Below are positions 1 through 12,512 of a stretch of DNA of 64,000 nucleotides, in pieces (positions within the stretch are counted from its first letter, which is position 1; the number at the start of each line of letters is the position of its first letter). Made by a program: the position numbers and the translations under genes. Source of the stretch: Octopus bimaculoides (Eukaryota); the NCBI RefSeq assembly GCF_001194135.2, contig NC_068999.1, positions 12,557,861-12,621,860 on the forward strand. The letters are read 5' to 3'. The notes under the pieces are model-generated. The model did no database searches. It was not told the DNA's origin and saw only the letters and a list, made by a program, of their open reading frames with translations.

Positions 1-780
1 CTTGATAGTTATACGTATTTGCTTTTATATCAATTTCCATATAATGGTAGATGCACATTGAAATGAATGATTATTCAATATTTTAATAGAGTACATGATT
101 AAAATTTGAGACATAGCTGTTGTACGCAAGATGCGAACGATCTTGATGCTCAACGCATTCTTCATACTGTATAGAGAACACAAATACATACGCAAGAGGA
201 CGGACACAAACTTACGCGCACACAATCACAAACATACACATATAGATAACAAAGGATACACAATTCGCGATGAAAGCACTCGCATACACACGGTAGTTAC
301 AGTTGACATAAAATATTTTCTTTACTACAAATACTACACATGTTTTCCAAGAGCCTGGAGAACTGCGGAAAGTACTTAGGATATAAAAAAAAGGAAAAAC
401 TCAGAAGCAAAAACTGCTTATACTGGAAAAATAAGGAATATTCGTAAATATTTTGTGAAATAACCATTAACGTCACATGATGACAGCTAGTAAATTGAAA
501 AACTCAACGGTGCAAAAGAATATAAACCAGTTACGTACAACATTTGGACAAAAATTTCTCCTACGTGAATGTATATATATATGCTAAGATACAAAGATAA
601 ATACATGCACACATAAACATGTTTTCTTAAATGCAAACACGCGAGACTCAAGCACATAATTATATACAGAGAAATAGATAAATATACAAGACAAAATTAA
701 TAATTCAGATGCGTAGACACGCACAAAATGGTAGGCCTGCTTCACATAAATGTATATATACATTCAAACATGGGTGAACA

Positions 781-1130
781 GTTCCTTCGTCGGTTACGAC
801 GACGAGGGTTCTAGTTGATCCGGTCAACGGAACATCCTGCTGATGAAATTTGGCTGAACGTTCCACTGACACATGCATATCTAACGTAGTTCTCCGAGAG
901 ATTCAGAATGTGACAAGGCCGGCCCCAAGTACAACAGAAGTAGGAAGAAAGAGTAAGAGAAAGTTGTGGTGAAATAGTGCAGCAGGGTTCGCCACCATAC
1001 CCCGCCGGAGCCTAGTGTAGCTTTAGGTGTTTCCGCTCCATAAACACTCACAGCGTCCGCTCTGGAAATCGAAGTCGCGATCCTACAACCGCGAGTCCGC
1101 TGCTATAACCACTGGGACATTGTGCCTCCA
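781..1130 (-). mobile_element. tRNA-derived SINE (family C here), decayed
   Basis: Minus strand begins tggaggcacaatgtcccagtggttatagcagcggactcgcggttgtaggatcgcgacttcgatttccaga: A-box-like (tgtcccagtgg) and B-box-like (gacttcgatttcc) tRNA head, followed by a ~280 bp body; recognised from memory as an octopus repeat. Confidence 0.75.
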
Positions 1131-1162
1131 CTAATGTATGAATATTGCTCAACATATACTCC

Positions 1163-1885
1163 TTTATTCTTTTACTTGCTTCAATCATTTGACTGCGGCC
1201 CCAGTGGAGCACCACCTTTAGTTGAGCAAACTAACCCCAGGACTTATACTTCGTAAGCCTAGTATTTATTCGATCAGTCTATTTTACCGACTCGCTAATG
1301 TTACGGAGATGTAAACACACCCGCATCAGTTGTCAAGCGATGGTTGGGAGAACAAACACACACATGCATATATATACATTACACACACATANNNNNNNNN
1401 NNNNNNNNNNNNNNNNNNNNNNNNNNNNNNNNNNNNNNNNNNNNNNNNNNNNNNNNNNNNNNNNNNNNNNNNNNNNNNNNNNNNNNNNNNNNNNNNNNNN
1501 NNNNNNNNNNNNNNNNNNNNNNNNNNNNNNNNNNNNNNNNNNNNNNNNNNNNNNNNNNNNNNNNNNNNNNNNNNNNNNNNNNNNNNNNNNNNNNNNNNNN
1601 NNNNNNNNNNNNNNNNNNNNNNNNNNNNNNNNNNNNNNNNNNNNNNNNNNNNNNNNNNNNNNNNNNNNNNNTATATATATATATATATGTATATATGCAT
1701 ACATATACACGCATACATGCATATACGACGGGCATTTTTTTTAGTTTCTGTCTACCTAATCCACTCACAAGAATTTAGTGAGCTCGAGACAATAGTAGAA
1801 AACACAAGCCCAAGGTGTTACGCAGTGGGACTGAACCTAGGACCATATGGTTGGTAAGCAATATATATAATATAGCCTGCGCCTA
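1163..1885 (-). mobile_element. SINE family A (tRNA head + CORE-like + microsatellite linker + 3' module), near full length, gap in linker
   Basis: Collinear with 5898-6353 (tcatttgactgcggcc...gttgtcaagcgatg...cgacggg...ccaaggtg..acgcagtgggactgaacc...ggttggtaagca); N-gap 1392-1671 lies in the (CA/TA)n linker. Confidence 0.85.
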
Positions 1886-1949
1886 TATTATATATATATG
1901 CTTACATACTACCATACATGCATACCTATAAATGTACATCTTGTTTGTA

Positions 1950-2105
1950 TGCTGTGCTAACTTTGACCTGATGAATCATCCTCACTATTCTACTGATTTC
2001 GCCCCATCTGAATATCAGCTATTTCTAACATAAAAAAAAAGAGATAGAAATAAAAACCTGGGCTAGGAAACAGCACCGCAGTGATGAAGACGCCGTTTCC
2101 CTCAT
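1950..2105 (+). mobile_element. mariner transposase C-terminal remnant (family A)
   Basis: Translates ANFDLMNHPHYSTDFAPSEYQLFLT*KK, a decayed HPPYSPDLAPSD(Y/F)xLF mariner motif. Confidence 0.7.
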
Positions 2106-2126
2106 ATCCGTAAAATCGAACGCAGC

Positions 2127-2211
2127 GGAATTTTGAAGTCAGAGCATAAAGACGGACGAAATGCCGCGGAGCATTTTGTCCGGTCTTCTAACGATTCAGC
2201 AGTTCGTTGCC
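2127..2211 (-). mobile_element. SINE family B, head fragment
   Basis: Reverse complement ggcaacgaactgctgaatcgttagaagaccggacaaaatgctccgcggcatttcgtccg matches the head of 48538-48770. Confidence 0.7.
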
Positions 2212-2330
2212 CTACATATATGCATAATGACCACACGCACACATACAAGCGCGCACAATCACAAGCCCACACAAAATACACAGACACATAAATACACACA
2301 CATACACATACACACATACACATGTATCCT

Positions 2331-2332
<2 letters not shown>

Positions 2333-2392
<60 letters not shown>
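2333..2392. repeat. (TATC)n microsatellite
   Basis: Directly visible. Confidence 0.95.
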
Positions 2393-2393
<1 letters not shown>

Positions 2394-2707
2394 GAATATT
2401 GAAGGCTTCTGGCATACTTTGCATGGTAGGATGAGATTATGGTGAGAAACAGAATTTCAGTATCATGAGTATCTATTCACGAGTGCTGAGGAACGGATAC
2501 TGAATTAGATGATAGAATTGCCTGATGTTGGCAGAGCATATGATATTAACACAAGGAGAGTTCTTTTCCGTGATATGGCATCTGCACCGCAGCCGCTGGA
2601 CTATGATTTCCGCTGTTGATATTCTGTGATATTTAATAATATCGTTTATGCGAATATGATTTCTAAGGGCAATTACCATCATATATATATATATATATAT
2701 ATATGCG

Positions 2708-2930
2708 CATGTGTGTATGTTTGTGTGTCTGTTTACCCTCTCCCCACCGCTTGACAACCGATGTTCGTGTGTTCACGTCCCTGTAACCTAGCAGTTCTGG
2801 AAAAGAGCCCGATAGAATAAGTACTAGGCTTACACAGAATAAGCCCTTAGGTCGATTTGTTCGACTATAAAGTCGGTGCCTCAGCATGGTTGCAGTCAAA
2901 TGACTGAAACAAGTAAATGAGTAAAAGAGT
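2708..2930 (+). mobile_element. SINE family A, 3' half
   Basis: cgcttgacaaccgatg...gatagaataagtactaggcttac...gtcgatttgttcgact...cagcatggttgcagtcaaatgactgaaacaagtaaa; reverse complement of the 3' part of the minus copies. Confidence 0.85.
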
Positions 2931-3654
2931 AACCCGGTATAATTTTACCTCATCGTGGCTACCTTTAGATATTAACCGTTCAAGAATATCATCATATTTG
3001 TTGTGAATATCTCTCCATTTTACTACATTTCTTGGTCCCTTTCAACAATAATTCATACCAATACCGTTATCATTATCGCTACATCTGACAATGTAACCTT
3101 GTATAATTTACCACTTCGTTCGTTTTTCGTAAGCACAACTATTTATTTGACTTCTATTGTCACTCATATAGCCTATCGTATACACTTTGTAGTTATTAAC
3201 TTCCATTTGTTTTACTGTTTTTATTCTTCATATTTTTACAGAATGTTTTGGGTATCGACATTTTAATACTTATTTTAAAATCACTTGTACTCATCCTATA
3301 TGGCTTAATTTTATCATTTGTACGAATTTTATAATTTTCTTTTTCAATATATTAACATTCTCACATGTCTCATTAACTTTTCAGTACATATTTTCATAAC
3401 GTTTTCTATAGAATTCTATGGAAGTTTACTCATTTTTATGTGTCCACCAAAAATTCTCATTTCTTTTCCTGAAATATGTTTTTTTTCTATTATACTTTCA
3501 TTCTTATTTCATTTTTCCTTTACTCCATTTTTGACTAATACGTTGTCCTATTTACAACTATGGACCATCCTTCTTAGACAATAACCCTGTTGCTATGACT
3601 TCTTTTCCTTTCATCTTTATTGCCATCTTTATCATTATTTCTTCTATCTTATTG

Positions 3655-3712
3655 ATAGGCGTGGTTCTGTGGTAAAATGTTTGCTTCCCAACTGTACGGT
3701 TCTCGTTCAGTC
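3655..3712 (+). mobile_element. SINE family A, head fragment
   Basis: aggcgtggttctgtggtaaaatgtttgcttcccaactgtacggttctcgttcagtc resembles the reverse complement of the 6300-6353 head. Confidence 0.5.
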
Positions 3713-3889
3713 TTCTACAATATCTCCGGACAGGAGCAGGAGCAACCCCTTGCTATATNNNNNNNNNNNNNNNNNNNNNNNNNNNNNNNNNNNNNNNNNN
3801 NNNNNNNNNNNNNNNNNNNNNNNNNNNNNNNNNNNNNNNNNNNNNNNNNNNNNNNNNNNNNNNNNNNNNNNNNNNNNNNATATATATAT

Positions 3890-4080
3890 AGGGAGAATTC
3901 ACAAAATAATCAAAAGACGAAGGCAGGTTGTGTAAAAAAACAAACAGATGTATTAGTTTAACGCTCGGGGAGTGAAAAAGGTTTTTAACGTTTCAAGCCT
4001 ACACTCTTCCACAGAAATGAACCCAGAAAGAGACAAGGATAGAAAATAAACAATATGTAGTGGCTAGTGATGTATCAGGG
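3890..4080 (-). mobile_element. Putative Penelope-like terminal-repeat remnant inserted next to (TA)n
   Basis: Contains a minimal hammerhead-like motif (3980-4023). The Penelope assignment is inferred from that motif; no RT or GIY-YIG sequence is seen. Confidence 0.45.
3980..4023 (-). ncRNA. Minimal type-I hammerhead ribozyme-like motif, degenerate (A6->U)
   Basis: Minus strand ggttcattt CTGTGGA a GAGT gtag GCTT GAA ACGT T aaaaacc. Confidence 0.45.
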
Positions 4081-4289
4081 CGAATGCCGGGTAGAGGGGA
4101 CACGCACGAGAGCTAAGAAGAAGGGGATATGATAAAGTAGTGCTGATTCCAAAACGAAGGCTCGTGTGCGTGTGTATAAGAGTGTATATGTATGTGCATG
4201 TGGAAGAGGGCTGTTGACCTTGACGTGTGTGTGTGTGCATGTGTAGGTTTGTGAATGATATTGTGGGGCTGGGAAGTGGTCAGTGCTAG

Positions 4290-4400
4290 TGTGTGCGTGG
4301 GGGTATGATGTGATGTGTTGTGTGGTATGAGGGTGTATGGTGTGGTGGTGTGTTGTGTGGTGTGGTGGTGTGTTGTGTGGTGTGGTGGTGTTGGGATTGT
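4290..4400. repeat. GT-rich minisatellite (unit ~20 bp gtgtggtggtgtgttgtgtg)
   Basis: About 2.5 visible units plus degenerate flanks. Confidence 0.7.
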
Positions 4401-4461
4401 GGGAGAGGTGAGTGTGGGAAAAAGCAAGTAAAACGTTTACATTTATCTCTATTCTGGTATT

Positions 4462-5361
4462 TACGCAGGTTGGGTGAAAAGTTCACAAACTGACTATGAG
4501 AAAATGATACTACAACTGTGAAATTTTACGCACATTAATGTCAACAAGCATTAATATTTTTTTTTTCTAATTCTTTCCAGAACAACTGACTTGTGATTGT
4601 TGAAAAAAGTCTATAAGTGTAACAAATACAAACTTGTTTTGAAAATCGACTAAATATGGCACTGTGATTTTATCAATTACCTGCAATAAAAGGACACTCA
4701 ATTCAAAAATGGTTGCTACATTAGGAGATGATGCTCCAGCTTTGACATCAGTGCAAAAGTGGGCAGACGAATTTAGGAGAGGAAGAGACGAGTCTTAAAG
4801 GTCTGGAGGTCATACAAAAATCCTACAACCGAGGAAAGAATTCATCGCTTTCCTACGTAGTGATGGATGACAGGTGATTGACTATAAATCAAATAATCAA
4901 TACTGTTGGCTGATCGCGTGTGAGAGTTGAGAATATTATGAACAATGAAGTTAGCATGGCGATGGTTTGTGCTGTTTGTGTTCCATGTCTTGTAACATCT
5001 GTTCACAAGAGAAACATGCAGATCACATCACTGGAAAATCTGAGTAAACGGTATTGTGCAAATTGACTATCTTGAAAAGGGCGACAGCATTGATGGAGAG
5101 TCCTCAGCTAATTTGCTGATTCAGTTACGAAAGACTACCAACACCATATGTGCCCCGCAAGAAAAGAAAAAAATATGGTGGATTCATCTGATCAGGACAA
5201 TGCTCTAGTACAGATGTCCTTGCTTTCAACAGCAGCTGCGTAACTGACTTTGATAAGGTTGAAAACCCTACCTGCTTCCTGATTTCGTCAAAGCTGAATT
5301 TGTTTACATTACATGAAATTTTTATTCATCAGGCTATGAGTTATCAGCTGATTCTCGAATA
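4462..5361 (+). mobile_element. Internally deleted mariner element (family A) with both TIR remnants
   Basis: Peptides GDDAPALTSVQKWADEFRRG, GIVQIDYLEKGDSIDGE and a QDNA-like motif, with frameshifts and stops. Left TIR tacgcaggttgggtgaaaagttcacaaactga; right tcaggctatgagttatcagctgattctcgaata. Confidence 0.85.
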
Positions 5362-5897
5362 ATGCCATTTATTCTCCATTGATTCTTGAATTATATTTGT
5401 AGAATTCTATGTATTGTTTATTTACTACTACGACAATTGCAGCCTACACATTGGCCGTTCCAGCACTCCCGGTTTTATACATTTCAACTCTCATTTCATC
5501 ATTTTACATTTCTTTATTCACGTTGAATACTTCTATATATTCCCTCTTACGTTACTGGTTCTATATTCAATTCATCTCTTGTATTTCAGTTCAGCAGAAT
5601 TCCATTCAATGACATTCTAAGACCCGCCAATCCTATTTCATTCTGTCCCATAAATACATTCTCTTCACAATTTGTTCTTATTCCTATTCTCTTTAATTCT
5701 TATTCCTATTTTCATTGTTTGTTCGTTGGTTTGTTTGTTTGTTTCTTTCTTTCTTCCTTCCTTTCAATCTTTGTCTGTCTCCATCTATTCCTTTTCAGCT
5801 TTCGCTTTTCTTCATTCCTTTATCCTCATTTGTCCCTTGTTAAGATAATTTCTCTACGCCATCACGCATTGTGACAGCATATATATATATTTATCTT

Positions 5898-6144
5898 TTT
5901 CTTTTATTCGTTTATTTGTTTCATGCATTTGACTGCGGCCATGCTGGAGCACCGCCTTTAGTCCAATAAATCTACCCTAGTACTTATTCTTTGTAAGCCT
6001 AGTACTTATTCTATCGGTTCTTTTGCCGAAGTGCTAAGTTACTGGGAAGTGAACACACCAACATCGATTGCCAAGCGATGCTGAAGGGACAAACACAGAC
6101 ACACAGACATACACCCTCACGCGCACACACATACACACACACGC

Positions 6145-6183
<39 letters not shown>

Positions 6184-6353
6184 CACGACGGGATTCTTAC
6201 GGTTTCTTTCCGTCTACCAAATCCACTCACAAGTCTTTGGTCGGCCCGAGGTTATAGTTGAAGACACTTGCCCAAGGTGACACGCAATGGGATCGAACCC
6301 GGAACCATGTGGTTGGTAAGCAAGCTGCTTACTACACAGCTACTCCTGCGCCT
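5898..6353 (-). mobile_element. SINE family A, best-preserved full-length copy
   Basis: Minus strand aggcgcaggagtagctgtgtagtaagcagcttgcttaccaaccacatggttccgggttcgatccc (A/B-box head), then ttgggcaagtgtcttc (CORE-like), a (GT)n linker, a 3' module and the tail ggcggtgctccagcatggccgcagtcaaatg. Confidence 0.9.
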
Positions 6354-9171
6354 ATGTAAAATATTCATTAAAGGTATCTAAGAGATACCACTATGCAAGA
6401 TGTAGCAGTCAAAACTTGACTCTAAAACCACATTAAATGTCAATCGAACGGTGATCGAACGGTTACATATCTTGAAAGAGACCGGTTCGAAATGGATTTA
6501 AAATCAATTGTGGCTTCTGAAACATCTAGACTCGAAACGGAATAGAGACAAGAAAGTGATGTCGGAACAAACATAAGGAAATTGAAGCGACAAGACAAAC
6601 AGTTATGTTGCCTCATTTAGCCTTTCAAAATCACATGAGGTACGAATGACTCAACAGCCATTGAACAATTGAATATATATATATATGTGTGTGTGGGTGT
6701 GTGTGAGTATGTGTATGTATTTGTATGTATTTCTATACGCTTTATGTAAATATCTTTCTATGGGTATATAGCAAAAGAGAGGGATATAAACAGAAAGAGA
6801 CACTAAGACTTGGGAGAAAATAGGCTTGTCAATTGAATTCATTGAAATAACATCCGAGAAATATCCATTATTATGTAACAATATGCTGCAGTTTGAATGG
6901 GCAAATACATCATTTCACTGGGGTTCAGGAAATGAAGATCCAGAGAATTGAAAATGATTATCGGTGCCGTTGTGTCTGTCCCTACATATCTTATGAGATA
7001 AAGAGCTATTGGTTGAGTGACAAACTGTTAGAAAAGCCTGGATTTTCAAAATAAAAATCTATTTCTTGAAGTTTGTTTTTCATATTATATACTGAGATTG
7101 AAAGAGCAGGTTATGATAATTATTTCTGAATGAGAGTCAAGGTGTTCATGGTACTCTTTTCTCCTTGAAATTTATTTCTATTCTTACCAAAATATTATTC
7201 TTGCAAACGAAATCCGTTTGAATATCGTGCTCCCAAACACGGGCTCGTTTAAAAATGCATCTATTTCTATCTCTATCTCTCATTTTCTATGTATACATAC
7301 AACGTTAGTACACAAATTCAGTCGCCAGCACATATAGACAAAATCAAAATACATATATACATCCGCAGTGCATATACACGCCAAGAAGTATATGTCTGTT
7401 TTGTTTGGAGATCTATGTTGCTATTTTATATACCTGTGTGTTCCGTATAAGATAATTCTACTAGTATAGCTTTGTAGCAACGATTTCGCTTCACACATAT
7501 AAGATCCATGTTTTGGAGATTTTGTAACTGTCTATTTTCAACTATATCATAAGCAAGCAAATAAATAAAATGAATGTGTGAATAAATGGATGTATAAACA
7601 AATAAAGCAAACTAACTTAAGTACGGATCAAGTCAAACTTTAAAATTCCATAGTGTGGAAACGAAAACTAGTCTGAAACATCACTGATTTTACTGCACCC
7701 ATAATATCAAACAATAATTTTCTGAAATGTTTTGTCCTTATATTGCGCTTTTCACTGGTTATGGTTTTTTAATCGTATCTTCAATGAAGCGAAAATGAAA
7801 AGCAAACGTTGTAGTTAAATACTTTGAGTTTTTTTTTCTCTATTTGTTTTTTGTTCGCTACTCCTCATGTTACAATTATTCATCCGTAGATTGTGCCTTC
7901 AATCGCTATCTCTGAAATGCTCACGACAGAACCTCGTTGGATCTTGTAACAAGTATCACACTTTACCTTAATCAATAAGGACATCATAGTCAAATATATA
8001 TTCCTTATTAGATTACCGTTGCATTCGCCATCACTACTACTGATACCACTCTCAGTACTACCATCGCTACCACAGCTATCAGCAATATCATCAATGATTA
8101 CAAATGCAACGACTTGTAGCATTTAGGCTCCGGTTGTGTTGCTGCCGCTCTCCGCTAAATTAATGACGTTGTCTTAAGGTTGCAGGAGAGGGGAGATTTT
8201 TTGAAATTACGACAAGAAAAAAAACAAAAAGACTAAATCAATCGTAATCATATTTCTGGCAATTGCTCTTACGATTGTATGGAAAGTAAAATGACGAAAG
8301 AGGATATTCACCCAGGTGGAATTTCGTTCCTGAATTGAGAAGAATAAAATGCAACTAAAAAAAATATTTCGTTTTCATTCAGCAATACTCAATTATCGAT
8401 AATGATTATCGTTTAGTCTTTTATCTGCCGTTAGCAAATTAGAAGAAATCGTCTAATATCCATATTTCAGTTATTGATATTCAATAGTTACTATTTTGAA
8501 AGTATGACAGTGTCGCTATATATTATTTCAAAAATGTGAATGGAATGATTTGAGGAAATATACGTACGAAGACACACATACAAGCACACGCACATACACG
8601 CAAAAAAATACATACACACGTACGCTCGCACAAACTCACACAGAGGTCAAAAAGTAGGAGTGCGTTACGTGAATAATATTTTCAGGAGACAAACACGGAC
8701 GGCAATAAACAAACGAGCGGAAAAAAAAAAGACGCAGAAGGTCAAGTTGAAAAACATATACCAAATGTACAGACGAACGGAAAATAAACACGAAGGTCAC
8801 CAAGTCCCCATCAGTTATTGACTAAGTTGTAGAGAACTTGCTGAGAATGCGACGAAAACATAACAAAAGAAAACGAGACGGACAAACAAGGATGAACAAG
8901 GAATACGGAAATGGATAGAATTAATTCGTGTCGATAATGTTAATGGATGGACAAGGNNNNNNNNNNNNNNNNNNNNNNNNNNNNNNNNNNNNNNNNNNNN
9001 NNNNNNNNNNNNNNNNNNNNNNNNNNNNNNNNNNNNNNNNNNNNNNNNNNNNNNNNNNNNNNNNNNNNNNNNNNNNNNNNNNNNNNNNNNNNNNNNNNNN
9101 NNNNNNNNNNNNNNNNNNNNNNNNNNNNNNNNNNNNNNNNNNNNNNNNNNNNNNNNNNNNNNNNNNNNNNN

Positions 9172-9221
<50 letters not shown>

Positions 9222-9269
9222 GTGTATATGTATGTATATTTGTGTGTGCATCTGTGTGTTCGTGTGTGT

Positions 9270-9330
9270 CTTCTCCTTCTTCTTCTTCTTCTTCTTCTTC
9301 TTCTTCTTCTTCTTCTTCTTCTTCTTTCTC
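9270..9330. repeat. (CTT)n microsatellite
   Basis: Directly visible. Confidence 0.95.
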
Positions 9331-10054
9331 TTCTCTATTCCACCGCCACCCTTTTCTCCTTGTTATTGTTGATGTTCTTCTTATACTTCTTTGTCTCCCA
9401 TTTACGGGGTCCCTTTACACCTGCCTCGTCCATTTATCTTTGTTTTTCTTTACCATCCTCTTTTCCTCACCACACTTACACTCGCAGAAAGTTTCCTTCT
9501 TTTTCCTTTATTTTTCTTCTATTAAAAAAAAAATGTAAAACTAACCTACCTCTTTCCCCTGAAGTTTTTCGAGAGAACTCACCTTTAACCTTGATACCAT
9601 GCTTGAAACAAAAACCAAACTCTTAACAAACCACAGCAACATAACCATCAGCGAACGTAACAAAAACAATCGCTGACTTCCTCTAAATACAAACGATTTA
9701 CATATTGACCCCTCTCAGCTATAATTATAATTCTAAACAGTGTTTTCTGTGATAATATGGATGGACGCCAGCACAAAATATCTGCCAACTTTTATCTGGT
9801 CGATGCAAATAAGTTTAAGTGGATAATGATTAAAACCATCTAATACACTGTATTTTTTAAGAAAATAAAAATACATTTAGGAAAAATGAATAACTAAATA
9901 ATGAAAAAAATAATATCTATTAAAAACTAAGTAAATATGGTGAAGTGTGTTTCCATATAATATTACATTACTAATACTTGATCTTCACGGTTGTTGCTTC
10001 AGGAGCTATAAATATATATTGGAAGCGAAAGAAAAAAAATGACTATATTTAATG

Positions 10055-10263
10055 GTTTCAAATTTTGGAAGGAGACCAGGAAGTTCGGGAGAAGGGATTA
10101 GTCGAAAACATCGACCAATGTTCAACTAGTACTTATTTTATCGAACTCGAAATGATAAGAATGAAAGTCTAACTCGGTGGAATTTGAACACACAGCGTTT
10201 AGACGGACGAAATTCTACTAAGAATTTCGTCTGGTGGGCTAATGATTCTGTTAGCTCGCCGCG
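10055..10263 (-). mobile_element. SINE family B
   Basis: Reverse complement reads gcggcgagctaacagaatcattagccc...gtgttcaaattccaccgagttagactttcattcttatcatttcgagttcgataaaataagtactag; collinear with 48538-48770. Confidence 0.8.
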
Positions 10264-10437
10264 TTATGACAGTATATTATACTCGTAATTCGCCATTCAT
10301 GTTTACAATCCAGAAGAACCATTCATGCATGTGTGAATTTATTTCATTAGGGGAAGCCATCGTGAAAGTGCATAAGTTCGTAACAATGAAATAAGTATAC
10401 ACACGCACACATATACTCACACAACCAAACGAACAGA

Positions 10438-10610
10438 TGTGACTGTGTCGCAAGAAGCTTACTTTCCAATCACGTGGTTTAGGGTTAGTCCCACTGCGTG
10501 GCACCCTTCTCCGAATTTCTTTCTACTATAGTCTCGCTCCGATCAAAGCTTTGCTAGTGGATCTGTTAGACAGAAATTGAAAGAAGCCTGTCTTATCTCT
10601 GAGTGTGTGA
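10438..10610 (+). mobile_element. SINE family A, 5' half (head + CORE-like)
   Basis: gggttagtcccactgcgtggcacc...cttctactatagtctcg...gaaattgaaagaagcctgtc. Confidence 0.75.
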
Positions 10611-10639
10611 GTGTTTGTGCGCTCTCGCATTACACGTGA

Positions 10640-10883
10640 AGCAAAACACGCCACTTGTTCGTCAGTCTTTCTACTCCCCAGAATTGGCTCCGGATGACTT
10701 TTGTCTATTCTCGAAGATCAAAAGAACACTCAAAGATTTGAGACAACAGAGGACATTAAGCAAAATTCGATGGTGCAACTCTACAGCATCTTAAACAATT
10801 ATTTCGAGAAATGTTTCCAGCAGCAATAGGAAGGCTGAGGAAAGTGTGTAGACTCCCAAGGCGAATACTTTGAAGGAGACTAA
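10640..10883 (+). mobile_element. mariner transposase C-terminal remnant (family C)
   Basis: YSPELAPDDFCLFSKIKRTLK and GKCVDSQGEYFEGD*, typical mariner C-terminal motifs. Confidence 0.85.
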
Positions 10884-11789
10884 AGCAAATATTACTTGTC
10901 TTTTTGCCAAGGGTCGCATACCTTTTGACTACATCTCATTACATATGTGTGTGCCTGCATGCTTCTGTGTGAATGTGTATGTATGTAGTTATGCATACAT
11001 TCATACATATATTTCTGTGCTAGAAGGAGAGAGCAAGCGACAGAGAGAGACAGAATGCAAGTGAGAGAGAAAGTAAGCGTACACGTTTATTCTAGAAAAT
11101 ACTGGATATACTTTATGAGTGATTTCATTGCCAATACTAGAATGTACAGTAACCATATAGGGACTATACTCAGTGTCATAGTCTTTCCCGCGCTTGCCTT
11201 TATAGCATAGAACTATAAATCAACAGACGTTAATAGATAAGATAATATCGTAGATGTATGTTTCTGTTTCTGCGAATAATTTGTATAGAAATGATCAAAT
11301 GTTACGAAAGTCTACACTTGTTAACTCCGTTTTCCTGATCGTGTATATGTTTATATCAATTTGAGAGAGCGCATGATTGCTGACATACACGACTGAATAT
11401 ATGCGTTATATCTGTACAGATTTCAGATTCTGTCTTCGTGACGTTGTCCTCCTCTCCTTAATATATCTATCATACGAACGTACACTTATCTATAGTTACA
11501 ATACTTTCTGTAGGTCAAGGCGATCATTATCGAAGTAAAGACGAGTCTTTCTTGATTTATATGTTTATAACGATAACTTTATTCCTACCCAACTGGCTGC
11601 CTGTTCATGAGTACCATTCACTCTTTCTCTTTATCCTCCTCTGGTCTTCTCCATGAGATATGATAGAGAACAAAATAACGAGGAGAGAAACGGAGAAGAA
11701 TAGATACTTCGGTTATTTAAACATCAATTTCATATTTGACTTCTTGCTTCTTCACATACATTAATATAAATGATCATCTGCATTGAACA

Positions 11790-11846
<57 letters not shown>
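11790..11846. repeat. (CA)n microsatellite abutting gap
   Basis: Directly visible. Confidence 0.95.
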
Positions 11847-12417
11847 NNNNNNNNNNNNNNNNNNNNNNNNNNNNNNNNNNNNNNNNNNNNNNNNNNNNNN
11901 NNNNNNNNNNNNNNNNNNNNNNNNNNNNNNNNNNNNNNNNNNNNNNNNNNNNNNNNNNNNNNNNNNNNNNNNNNNNNNNNNNNNNNNNNNNNNNNNNNNN
12001 NNNNNNNNNNNNNNNNNNNNNNNNNNNNNNNNNNNNNNNNNNNNNNNNNNNNNNNNNNNNNNNNNNNNNNNNNNATATATATATATATACATGTATATGT
12101 ACATGTGTGTTTGCGAGCGCACACGTGTGTGTGTGGGGGTATTATATACTGTATTTACTCAGGCATTTATGCATACAAATACAGATAATATATATATGCC
12201 TATTTCTACAGATAAAAAACATTTGGGAAGTTAGCGTTTTCAAACTAAACTGTGAACTTATCACCTCGAGTGATTCGTTGAATGGAAAATGTGTAGCAAT
12301 TGGAAGGTTTTATTATGATTACGACTGAACTTGGAAACGATTTTGTTATTAAAATACATGATGAAACGTACTGTGTAATACAGCGTGTAAACTTTCTCTT
12401 CGGTATTACTGTTTGAT

Positions 12418-12512
12418 ATGGTAGCGAGTTGCCAAGAATCGTTTGCTCGCCGGGAAAAATGCTTTCCGGTATTTCGTCTGTCTTTCTGTTTTCAGTTCAG
12501 ACCAAAATTTGA
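12418..12512 (+). mobile_element. SINE family B, head fragment
   Basis: tggtagcgagttgccaagaatcgtttgctcgccgggaaaaatgctttccggtatttcgtctgtc. Confidence 0.7.

Noticed and set aside
6955-6990. DYRCRCVCP peptide reminiscent of TMEM9 RCKCICP
   Set aside because: Only a few residues match; the flanks are unrelated and there are no supporting splice sites.
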